NCBI RefSeq assembly: GCF_001194135.2
Contig: NC_068986.1
Location: 1,420,294-1,484,293 of the forward strand
Reading direction: 5' to 3'
DNA: 64,000 nucleotides
Source of the DNA: Octopus bimaculoides
Lineage: Eukaryota
The position numbers and the translations under genes were made by a program. This document shows positions 11,549 through 24,252 of the stretch, piece by piece. The notes under the pieces are model-generated. The model worked only from the letters and a program-made list of their open reading frames with translations, did no database searches and had not been told where the DNA came from. How positions within the stretch are numbered: position 1 is the stretch's first letter; each line of letters starts with the position of its first letter.

Positions 11549-11627
11549 ATGTATACGTATATATTTGTATATGTGTATATATCTACGTATATATATTTAT
11601 GTTTATGTATGTATATATGTATATTTT

Positions 11628-12290
11628 TGCGATGGTTGAAATGAAGGAACAGTGTGCTTCCGTGAAATTCTGTTTTCTGCTGTGGAAAATGGTGATTGAA
11701 ACAGTTGTCATATGTCAAACAGCTTACTAGGTCATTGCCACGAGCAAAACACAAGCTTACAAGTTTTCATGCTTTAGGAACGGTCACTTGTTGCTTGAAG
11801 ACCAACCTTGTTTGGGGCAACTGATGACCTCCTGAACAAATGAAACCATCATGAAAATCTGTGAACTGATCTTGGATGACCATCGCTGAACTTGTTGATA
11901 TGACTGGTGTGTCAAGATGGTGCTGGTTTGTCTCGTCAATGCGAAAAGAATCGTCTACACAGAATTTGTTTCTCCTGGTCAAACTGTTAACCAGACATTT
12001 TACTTGGCAGTTCTAAAGTGTTTGCGAGACATGGTGAGATGAAATGAAAGCGCCACAGCCTGTGGCAAAGTGGAAAGTGGTGGTTTCATCATAACAGTGT
12101 GCCTGTGCACACCACCTTTTAAGTGCAAGACAGTTTTTAACCAAAATATGGCATGACCCTGTTTACCCACCCTCCCTGTTTACCTGATCTTTCTCCTTGG
12201 GACTTCTTTTTTTCCCCCCAAATGAAAGAAATCCTTGGAGGATGCTTTGAAGGCAATGAAAGTGTGAACATGTAAAGCTAAGTAAATAAA
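11628..12290 (+). mobile_element. Internally deleted, degenerate mariner
   Basis: MVEMKEQCASVKFCFLL start, then IVYTEFVSPGQTVNQTFYLAVLK, a WWFHHN remnant and an HPP..PDLSP.DFF remnant, with stops and frameshifts. Confidence 0.85.
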
Positions 12291-13479
12291 AGGATATTGC
12301 AAAATTCTGGTTTCTTTTGGGTACCCCCCCCCCCTCATATACATTTGTTTTTTACTGTTTGGTGACAGAAGTATGGGCAATACCCATGACACTTTCCTTT
12401 TTCTTCAGGACTTCTGAGAGAAGGGAAGACACCTGACCTGAATGCTTGCAACAGTGAACTCTGCTAAAACCTCACCAAAGACTATGAAGTCGTACATTTA
12501 AGTATGCAATGCTTTGTTCCCCATCCAAGAACTTGGTTGTAGAACACCAGGAACTGGCACAAATATCGCAATGCATCTCGTCCTACCTTTTAGCAACTCA
12601 GTTAACTCGTTAGTATTCAGTTTGACCATAATACAGGTGGAATATTTTGGCTGGATGTGGCCTGTTTAAATGCTACATGGTTAACTCACTTTAAAAAAAA
12701 AAGTGTTTAAGTGATAGGTTTGATCAGGATAGACCTAGTCACAAATAACTGATCAAAGCCCTCCCGGCCTCCACAAATAATTTGTCATAAGAATAAGCAT
12801 ACATCATGATCCTTGCAGTGGTGTAATGGCAAAATCATTATTGCATTGGACAAAAAAACCTTGCTGTTTTCAGTTACGGCTGTTTATATTTTGAGTTCAA
12901 ATCCTGCTGAAAGCAACTTAGGCTGTCATCCTTCTAGGGTTAAAAATACTTGTCAAGTACAGGGCATTGATTTGATTAATCCTTCTTCACTAAATTTGTG
13001 ACCTCATGCCAGTGTTAGAAATAATTATTATGATTGGTGTTTTTACTGAGACTGAAAGTATTTTCTAATTATGCTTCTTAGAGGTCATCTCTAAACTAGG
13101 TTGATTCTGTTGAACTAGTCACATGCTTATCATTCACATGGCTCTTGTTTTCCTCAAAAATGTAATTTTGTAAAATGTGTCCAATGAAATATTTAAAATA
13201 TTATTTTTCAGTTAATCATTAGTAATTTCTGTAAAGTTTTTATAGTTTTACAGTAATGATGATAATATAACAACAATATTATTTATACATTTTATTTTTC
13301 AATTAACTATGCTTTAATGCTAATTAAATGTGGCATTTCTTAAGAAAGATACATCCGAAGATGTGTTCATTTTTTTTTTAACCATTTTGATACCAATCTG
13401 CTTGAAACTGTCCCCGGTTCCTATGCTAAACACTTTTTGTTTAAAGTGACACAAATTTAAATCTTCCATCAAACACCAG

Positions 13480-13915
13480 ATTAATAATGGTTTCAAATTT
13501 TGGCAAAGGGCCAAGAGATTTCAAGGGGATTGAGAAGTTGATTACATTACCCAATACTTGACTGGTTATTAGTTTATCAACCTTGAATGGATGAAAGGCA
13601 AAGTTGACCTCGGTGCAATTTGAATTCAGAATGCAAAGACAGTCAAAATGCTTTTTGCCCAGCATACTAATGATTCTGCTGCTTCCCACCCACCAGCTTA
13701 ATGATGATTTCAAATTTTGGCACAAGGTCAGCAATTTCAGGAGGAAAGTCGATTATATTGACCCCAATTCTCAACTGGTGCTTATTTTATTGACCCTGAA
13801 AAGATGAAAGGTAAAGTTTACCTTGGCGGAATTTGAACTCAGAACATGAAGATGAACAAAATGCTGCCAAGCATTTGGTGCAGCATGCTGACAGTCCTGC
13901 TTGGTTGCCACCTTA
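13480..13915 (-). mobile_element. Tandem pair of a second abundant SINE family
   Basis: Two copies of ttcaaattttggc...gaaaggcaaagttgacct...gaatttgaactcag. Other copies lie at about 5460-5655, 8550-8760, 12800-13020(+), 18230-18830(+), 20460-20660(+), 29690-29950, 34100-34450(+) and 56530-56700. Confidence 0.75.
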
Positions 13916-14419
13916 AACACTAGCTTAGTAATGACGGTTATTTTATGGACTTCATTATCTTCAAAATTAATTGAAACAAAGGCAGTGTATTTTGATAGAG
14001 ATTTGGTAATAAAAGGGTTAAGAAATCTATTTTAATGAAGATAAACTTGTTTAGTTGAATTTCCTGCTCTCTGAAATGTTCAACCAATATTCCTCAGTCT
14101 GAGGACATTTTGTTTTCTTCACTATATTCTGTTAGCTTTGACATGCAACTGAAGACTGGGTCTTCGGACACACTCATACTGCATTACTAGCATTAACATC
14201 TGTTAACTTCTTTCAGGTTTTAGAACAAAAATAGAGCTTTTAGTTTAAAAATGAGTTAACCATTATATTTTTCTTTTACTTGTTTCGGCCATTGAACTGT
14301 GGCACTTATGTAAACTATTTTCAAAGAAATATGTCCATGATCTTCATCACATTCAGCTTCTAATTTAAAGTCATTGACTTGTTCAAGTATTGTAACTTGA
14401 GAAATTCAAGGCTATGTAA

Positions 14420-14472
14420 GCAGCAGCAGCAGTAGTAGTAGTAGTAATAATGATGATCATAATAACAACAAC

Positions 14473-14506
<34 letters not shown>
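14420..14506. repeat. Compound trinucleotide microsatellite (CAG/TAG/TAA/TGA/CAA/TAA)
   Basis: Directly visible. Confidence 0.9.
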
Positions 14507-17500
14507 GAAATTGAATAATAAAATACTAATACAATTAAATCTCAATGGAAGTTAATGTCTTAAGGCGTTGACACCATTTGTTGACACCAAGTTGTTTGTT
14601 TGATAGTAATGGCTGTTCTAAAAATAAAATGGAATTGCTCTCAAATGAAAGGAGTAAATATGATTTTGTTTCAGAAATGTAAAAAACTAAATTACATTAA
14701 TGGTGGTTTCTAAAATCAGATAACTGAGAAAGGAGTGTGATAAAGAAAAATAACATACAAAAGTTGCCTGATATTCACACATGCAAAGACTATGTATACA
14801 TCTATAGGGGAGTACAGCTATGTTTTCTATCCATCAACATTTTCTGTTCTTTGAGCTTCACGAAGACTTACTAAACAACATCTGGATTTAATGATCTTGC
14901 TATACATACGTTCATGTTTCTTTTGTATTTTGTGAAACACACACACACACTCTTATTTCATATGTGTGTGGATGTTGCATCATCATTAATCCATTCATCA
15001 TTTAATACCCATTTATCCATGCTAACTTAGATTGAATGGAGTCTCAGTGTCTCTTCATTTCTGGTCCTTCGTCTTTTATCATCACAGTGAAGCAGAGAAC
15101 TGCCAATCAGTTAATTTTTCTGATGTTTTTTTTTTTTCATAGTAGTATACCCTGCTTATTACCAATCACTTCACAGCATAGACTAGGATCCTTTTATCAT
15201 GCTAAATGACATTATAAAGGTTGTCTCTATATTAGGGCTACAGAGTCTCTTCTACCTGCTATCATTTAAATTTTTATTTTTTTTATTTAGAATGACTGTT
15301 CTTCTCTTAAACTATTTGTGTTGTGGGCTTGAAAATTCCTCAGATCCTCCATTCAAATCCAGAAATGAGATTTTTATTAATATTAGATATGTGTGCAAAT
15401 TTTAGAATCAAGTTAATCTCAAGTTCACTTCTAATTTAAACAAAAATTAACTTTATACTCAACAGAAATGCTAGATTTTGTGGTGTAGAGCTTTTGTTGT
15501 CTTCTTTTAATTCAAAGTACTTATTGGCTTGGAATGGATGAAGTAACTATGCCCATGACCTTTGCAGTCCCTTCAAAATAAGTAAGATTGGTGCTGTTAA
15601 AACTCTGCCAATCTGTTAAGTTTATGATGTTACTTTTTGACGAATCAGTCTTGAAATTAAAGAGGCCATCATCAGGTTTCAGTGTTCTCACATATTTGTG
15701 TGTCTTTGAATAAAGAGAAAAGAATAACTGGGCAACCACTCTTGTTTGAAATGATTTGTACTCCTAAAAAATTGATGATTCTAATAGCCAAAAAATGTTG
15801 GTCCAAAGATGTGGAACCTGTGGAAGAGAGGATCCAGAACTTATGGCAAAATGGTGAAGACTAATCTCAGGATGTTGAACCCCATCATTGAGATGACAGA
15901 GCACTGTGTTGACTGGTGTTATGTAGTGGTGGAGGATGGCCAATCATTTGTTCAACGTATCTTGCATGATAGTAACTCAAAATAAAAAAATTGACTTGTA
16001 ACATTGGTAGCATGTCCTACCCATGGAGAACAGATATAAAATGATGATATGTAAAAAAAAATGACGGTGACATTTTACAGATATTTTCTGCTTTGGCAAC
16101 AGACTGCTCTCAGAAACAACAGTAACAGAACTTAGGCTAGAAACCTAAAGCCAGTTAATTATCTGCTTCTTCTCAGTGATTTAAACATTCTACATTACTT
16201 TGAATTTCATAAGTAAGTTCATTTTATATTCATTGAATACTTAGACTGATGACCTAATTGAAATACTCGTTATCTTGTACTTCACAACTATAATGCTGCT
16301 TTATGTAACTTTTTAATAAATATTTTTTTCATATCTTTTACTTAAAATCCACTTCATTGCAGTTATTTAGTGTTAAAGCTGCATTGCATCAATTCGTATG
16401 CGTATTCCAGAAATGTTTATCATCATTAAACTAAAATATTGATTCCCACTGGTTCACACTTGTTTTCTGTTGTTTTTTTAAATATATTCTAAATCTACAT
16501 CTAAAACGTGAGTTAAAGATCTGATCGGTAAACAATCCTACATTAGTCCTCAAACACAGATTGTAACATTTCTTTTATTAGTACTTTAAACAACTGTTCT
16601 TTTTACACCTTCTTTCTTATCTAACTCTCCTCTATCTCCTTCAGCCCATCTCATGTGACACACTTTCCCCATATCCTACCTTTTACAGCCCCTCTTATTG
16701 TATTCAACCTCCTCCCACTCGTTCCTCTCCCAGATATTACTTACAGTATTTAATAGTTGTATTTTCAGTATTCTAGGCTGAGATTAAAAGCTTATGTAAG
16801 GAAGATGTGGATTCTGCAAGTAGCAGTGAAGGCAACCTGTTTTTCAGAGTAGTAACTTTAAATAAAACCTGATGCAGTGTATAGGGAACACTTCAGTCTT
16901 GGCAAACGATTTCTCTTGTGCTGGTGGCCACGATGAAATGCAGTCGGACCATCCTGTAAAGTGTTTGGTAATAGGAAGGGCATCCAACCTGTAAAACAAG
17001 GCCCAAATCATGAAATACTGCAAAACATTGGTAAACCTTACATATGCAGGGCTTAACATTTCTATATATATATATATATATATATATTCCTTTTTGTACA
17101 TGTATTTTTTCTCATATATTTAAAGTATGCTGTGCTTATTCCTAAAAAGAAAAAATACTGTCCTATTTTGTATTATTCAAATGAAAAGTATACGGTAACC
17201 TCATTTTTACAGGTTAATTTATCAGATTGCCAATGTTAAATTTTTCTTAAAGTACACATGCTAATGCAAACCTATTAGGCCTACCAATGAATTGTAGGGT
17301 GAGTGTATGTATTTAATCTGTGCAATTGAAGTTATCAGTCCTGAAACTTCTTGGATGAAAATTTACTGATAAGCTTACCCTTAATCTGAAGAGTTTTATC
17401 AAAATAGTTCATTTTGTTTAGCAAGTCCACAGGAGTTTTAACCCTGTCGTTGTTTACAAGTTCCTTTTAATAACTTTTATAGATGGTATCAGTTGTTGAA

Positions 17501-20077
17501 AGATGTTTTTTCCATGGTTATAATCTATTGTTGCTTCTGTTGTTTAATTAGTATGTTAATTTCATTTTTCTTTTGCGATTGTGAACTTGATCAAATAGTT
17601 TTTAATTAACTAGTACATTGGTGTGTATCTCACACAAGCCTTCCACAAATGCATATGTAAGCTTCAGTGCTTTTGTAGTTTGTACTTCTTGATGGTAGTG
17701 ATTTTTTGTGAAATATAGCAAAGGTTCTCCTTTAGATGGATATAATGACCTTCCATAATAACTCAAATGTCACACATCTTTGCTCTTCAATAAATAACTT
17801 CTTTCCTTTTCTCCTTCTTTTCCTTTTCTGTCCTATTTCTTGCTTTACTCTATTTTTCTTTTTTCATACTTTTACTTCCTCACCTCTCTTTTCTTCTCTC
17901 CTTTTATTTTTCTCACCCTTTAGAACTTAAGCTTCAAACAATTGACTCTCTCAATCTTTCTATTCTTTATAAAATCTGTAACTGACATAACCTTGTCATG
18001 GGGATATGTAAGCCCTGAATTGTCAAGGACACTTGAAAGAAAAAGTTTGTTTTGAAGAAGGGTCTATCATTAAATGTTTGGAACCACCTATTATCATAGC
18101 ACATGAACTTTTTTTTCTTGTAAGTCTTAACTGGGACCACGGCTGTTATTCGTTTTATGAGGTCGATGTAATCAACTCCCACAAAATTTCAGGCATTATG
18201 CTGGTAGTAAAAAGAACTATTATTATTATTGGTGAATTGGCAGTATTGTTAGTCTTGGAGAATGTTCCTTATGGTATCTGTTCTCATTCACTATGTGGTC
18301 TAAGTTCCAATTCTGCTGAGTCACCCTTGCTGTTCATCCTTTCAAGATTGATACAAAAAAGTATCAATCCAGGTTAGTTGATTGGTGGAACAGTACGAAT
18401 GGTGGATTGGGTGTGTTGCATCATTTGCCCTGGCTCTTTTTGTATTGAGTTCAAATCCTGCTCCTTCCCCCAAAAGTGTTATGAATGGGCAAAATCAATC
18501 AAAGTGCCTTTCAAATTTCAGTTACAATTCTTTATGTTCTGAGTTCAAATCCTACCAGGGTCAACTTTGTCTTTCTTCTCTCCAGAGGGATTGAGGGTAT
18601 CAGCTAACTCCCACTTTTTAAAACTTACTGGTCTTTTGCCTAAATCATAAACAATTATTATTATTGAGTGGTAGCTTCTGCCAGCTCTTTATGTTCTGAG
18701 TTCAAATTTTGCCAGTCAACTCTGTCTTTCATCCTTTCATGGTCAATAAAATAAGTACCACAGGTATTGATGTAATTGGCTTGGTCACTCCTGCTAAAGT
18801 TTCAGGCCTTGTGCTTATAGTAGAATTAATATTTCAGTTATTGTGATAGCTACCATGGTGAGGTTGTGGAGTGCTAAATTAGTTAGGTTTTGATCTAGAT
18901 TTGGTCCAGTTATTATGTGTAATTGTGACAGAACTATTGACATTATAACCACACTTTTTCTCTGCTTCACTAACTGTCAAACATTTATTATTAAGAGATC
19001 AGTATGAACCTGTTCAGCCACTGAAGTTTTCAGAAACAGTCTGGCTCAGGTTTATCATCTCCCCAAATGAATTTCTGGGTTTGTTTTTCTTTAGTAAAAA
19101 TGACTGGAATAAGTTGATGCATTTGAGTATTGACCTTTGGTTGAACTTGAAACCAACAAAACAATGTTTTCACCTACTTGTTAAGTGATATTGCTGGTTA
19201 ATTGAAGCTGATTCTGATGTTTGCACAGGAAGTAAGTCCTTGAATGGAGCAATCACATGCATTGACAGAAGGCTTATCGTAAAGACTATGTGAGCGATAT
19301 TGAAAGTGAGAAGCCAGTTTCTGTTTGCTGTGAGTCTGCAACACCAGCCAAGCTACTGTGAAGTATTTATCAGTAGCATTAAAGACAGTGTGTTACTGAC
19401 AATGCCATTAATCACAATTCAGCTTATTGATCACGAAATAGATCATTGGTTGGTTTTTAAGATTTTAGCTCTGTTTCTCTTCAGACATTAATAAAATTAC
19501 AATACATATTTATCTACCTGTTCATGAACGTGTCTGTATGTGTTTGCACTGATCTGTTTTATTAGGTGCACATGCATGCATGCACTCTCTCTCACACACG
19601 TACACACACAATTTTTCATTAGTTCTTTCTTTACATTGTAAGCTTGTAGTGTGCTGAATCTGTAGCCTAAGTTTAATTTTGCTTGTTCACTGTATTGTCA
19701 CTCTGTCTTGTTTCTCCATTACACCTCAACCTGGGACCAATAGATTCTATTAACCTGGCTTATGAAGATGGAATCCTTAAGGGCCAGGGAATCCCGTGTT
19801 CTATTAACTGTTTTGGCACACTTTCGTTCATTGTATTTATTAAATAGCAGGGATAAACTTGAATCATTGAGAAAATTAACCAATAAGACATCCCAGTTTT
19901 TACTCTTTTACTTGTTTCAGTCATTTGCCTGTGGCCATGCTGGAGCACTGCCTTTCCACAAACAAATCACCCCCAGGACATTCTTTGTAAGCCTAGTACT
20001 TATTTTATCAGTTTCTTTTGTTAAACCACTAAGTTACAGAGACATAAACACTCCAGCATCACTTGTCGAGTGATGCT

Positions 20078-20112
<35 letters not shown>

Positions 20113-23100
20113 TACATACATACGATGGGCTTCTTTTAGTTTCCGTCAACCAAATCCACTCACAAGGCTTTGGTCGGCCTGAGGCTATAGTAGAAGACAC
20201 TTGCCCAAGGTGCTACACAGTGGGACTGAACCCCGAACCATGTGGTTGGGAAGTAAGCTTCTAAAATTAGTTCCATGTGGAAATTGAAACAATTCAGTCA
20301 CTAATAATAATTCTCTACGAATGGTAATAGATTTTCATACTTTATAAATATCCATCACCCAGTGAGTTAGCTGAGTAAATAGTGATGAACAAAGCACTTT
20401 TAAGTTTACTTAAAATAAACTACAGTTTCTCATTTTTATATTTTTATATTTGATAACCATTAGACAGTGGACTGCCAGAGTTGGTAGAGCATCAGGCAAA
20501 ATACTTGTAACTTACCTCTCTTTGTTCTGAGTTCAAATTTTGCCTTTATTTTTAAGGCCAATGAAATAAGTACCAACTAGAGCTGATATAATCACTTAAA
20601 AACTTTTGCTGGGTTTTGCCCAGCAGGGCTGCAAGCCAATGATTGAAACCATTAAAAGGTTAAAATGAAACTTTCCTGTGACATTATGGTAATCAGTAGC
20701 ATATAAAATTTATGTTTTTCATGCAGCAGGTATTTATGTATATTCAAGTTATAACATACTCAGTGTTCATTCACAAAAATTCTATCTATCTCAGTAGTTG
20801 TTCTGTATGAATGATCACACTGTCCAACTGATAAAGTCTAAGACTGAATTGATTTATCATCCATGTTGCTAATCAATCATCACCTACTCCTCGCTGTACT
20901 CAATTTTTGATTAATTCAAATTCAAGAGTTGTCTTCCCTGCCATTTGTGACCAGAATTAAGCAACTAGTTTGAGTGGTTCTTCTCACTGTGGGTATAATT
21001 TGAAATTCTTTCACTTCTAATATTATGTTACTGTTCACCTTACTAAGTAAAATTTTACCCCAGCGGAATTCTGGATGGAATTCATTTATGATTTTATAGT
21101 TAGACCTATTGTGTATCATGCTGAACACTAGGCCATATCAGATGTTCTATTTTGGAGACTTTTGCACTCTAATTGGGGACAAAGACCATTCAACTACATT
21201 GATGCTGTTGGCAGACAAACAGAACATGAAATCAAATGCTAACCACAGATAATAGAGAACAGCATTTTCTGGCACAGCCTTCTGGAATGCATCTCAGATG
21301 CAATGCTTGAAGATGATTAAATTGGTACAATATTGAGTTCTATCTTTCTAAAATTGACAGCCCAAACTTCAAATTCCATTAAACTAATGGTGTATTTTAA
21401 GTTAACTCTCTACAAAGTTGATGTCATTCTAAAGAAAATCATGTGAAATTGTACTGAATTTTGCTGTCTGACTTTAATTCTCTCAAATTCTCATGTCAAA
21501 AATAATCCATTTCCAGTTCATATCATATTTAATACTATATATGAACTGGATAGTTCTCCAAATTTGGCCAAGATGGATTTATTAAATCTTATTAATCAAT
21601 ATTTTATATAGCTTTAATATCTGGAAGGTTGTACATATACTTGTGTAATCTAATTACATGACAATTTTGGTTTCATTAATTTCATTTTCTAAATGTAATT
21701 TATTTAAGTAACTTGATCAGAATCATCAAAATATATCTTCTTTCTTTTTAGCTATTATTTCCTGCTAATTAATTTCCGGTTTTCTATTTTTTTATATTGC
21801 AGTATTTTCTTATCTCCCTTCACAATATTACTTTGATGCTTTATTATTTCATATATCTTCTAACATTTTCCCTCCTCTTTCTGCAAAGAAAATCAATAGG
21901 ACTATTCCAATGTCTTTAAATATAGCAGTAGCATTAAACGCAGTAGGATTGATTTCTTCCACCTGTTAACTGTTTGTAGCTTAATTTTTGGACTTGTTTG
22001 CTTGTTCATTTGTAAAATATTTTGTCTGCTGACAACAAAATGAAATCAACGATTAGAGAGACCGTTAGTAATAATTGTGTTCCTTTCTATTTTTATGTTC
22101 CTCCACATTTCTTTCCGTTTGTTGTAAACATTCCTTAGCCTCAAATGAAAGCCTACGGGGAGGGGGTGGGGCTGATTGATGTGGTTACTCAGCATGCTAG
22201 AATATTTAACTCACCATTTTATTTTTTTAATGACATATTGGGTTGTATAGATGGGATGGTTACAGTTGGAACACGTTTGGTGATTGGTCTGAGACCTGAA
22301 CTGACTTGGGGTTAAACGACAATAGCAACAACTAGATGATAATATAGACCAGAATAGCAGAACTAGTGGATTTACTGCATCCAGTTTATCTCCTGAGAGA
22401 TTGAATTTTCTTCAATTTTAAATATAAATTAAAATTTATTTTTAAGAACTGTATGGTGATGAGAGCAATTTATGTTGGGTAACTTTACATTAAAGAGTGG
22501 AATGTATAAGTTCCTGTGATTCAGATCACTTCATGGTCCCAGCAAACAAAATGGAAAAGGCTTTTCCCTGGAGGATAGCAGGGGGGTGGGGGTGGGCTTG
22601 CACTTGTGGATAGCCATCTCCACCCTGATAGCAGTGAGCAGGGATATGGTCTGGGGGCTGAGAACATTGAAGGTCTCCTCTGCTACTGGCTTCAAATCGC
22701 TCTGCATATCAACCATTAAAAGAAAATTTACAAATAAAAGTGGATTCAATTCATCATCATCATCATCATCGTTTATCATTCCTCAACAAAAACCGACTTT
22801 CATTACTAGTCAAGAGAAATCAATAGAAAGCTAATATATTACAGAAGAAATGGTATTGAAATAAAATGGGAAGTATAATAAATGTTTGAAGACCAAAAAA
22901 CCTTATTAAATCCTTGTCCTTTCAATGACCTTCAAACAGTTTAAGGTTGTTAATTTTACAGAATTAGTTTCAAAGCAACTTTACTATATTTAGTTTCAAT
23001 TGATCAGATCTGTTCAACAGAATAAATTACTTTATGCTGATGCTTTTCTCTTTTTCCTAAAAAACTAAAATTGATTTCTAGTACAAAGTCAAAACATTTA

Positions 23101-24041
23101 GTAGGATTGGTGTATTGTTGATTAAATCAATCGTGAGTACTTGATTGGTACTTTATTTATCAACTCTGGAAGGATGAAATGCAAAGTTGACCTTGCCTGC
23201 ATGAAAAGTGGATGTAAAATGATGATGTCTACTTATAAATAAAAATCTACAAACCAATGAAGGAGACTCTTGGGTCTCTTGACCAGCTGGAAATAGCAGT
23301 CAAATTGCCTTCAAAATCCCACCCCCTTCTATTTTGTACACTAGGCACTCAGCTTAACAGTTGTAATCGTTGATTGACTTGTTTCTCTGTGACAAGTCTT
23401 GTAAACTGCTTAGATGTCAAAATTACATTGTAAACTTACTTTGCTTTCATTTAGCGTATATTTAGTTAGTTTACTAGAGTCATACTTTCTCCAAGCTTGA
23501 GTGGTAAAATTGTCGCCTAATTTAACATTATAATCTGGTCCTTGGGTTTTAAGCATTTGGGCCAGGCCTCTGGTTTGAGGATACCTTCTGCCCTATCCCC
23601 CTCCGGTCTCAGACACCCTGAAAGTTTCATAGATACTGCTCTCCCTCCTGCTTAAGCCCTTTAGGAGAAATTTGAACTGGTTGACTTACAATATTATGAT
23701 CATACAGTGTTTATACTACTTATAGCATTGGTCTATACATCCCTGTATTACTCATTTGCTGTTGAGGGGAAAACTATTTTGTTACTTGACCTGTGGCAGC
23801 TAAATTCTTCCTTTTTTATTGTGTTGAAAAAGGGAAGTTGAAGGAAATTGTATTCTTTGATGCCCCTAAAAAGGCATGAGGAGAATAAATGTAGGGCAAA
23901 TGGAAACCAGATTATGAATTAGAACACAAACTAGAAAAATCAGACAAATTTTAAGTTAATTTTTTTTTTCTTACAGAAACAATGATTGAATCCATATCTG
24001 TAAAATTTTTTTCTTTATTTTCCCTCTTTTGCATCCTGAAG

Positions 24042-24252
24042 GAGGCATCACAGGTGGCATTGAAATCTGTATTACATTCCCGACAGAATATGTAAAAACT
24101 CAGCTACAACTGGATGAAAAATCTGGTCAAGCTAAACGATATAAAGGTCCAATTGATTGCGTGAAAGTTACAGTGTCCGAACATGGTGTTCGCGGCTTGT
24201 ATCGAGGACTTAGTGTATTACTCTATGGTTCCATCCCCAAATCTGCTGTCAG
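24042..24252 (+). CDS. SLC25A1: SLC25A1 exon 2 ([26 protein letters not shown]...[10 protein letters not shown])
   Basis: Near-identical to the human citrate carrier, with carrier signature PTEYVK, a pyrimidine tract plus AG acceptor and an AG|gtaagt donor. Confidence 0.97.

Noticed and set aside
15521-15739. 72-aa minus-strand ORF with a protein-like composition
   Set aside because: There is no recognisable family and no convincing splice-site pair; the start is not ATG.
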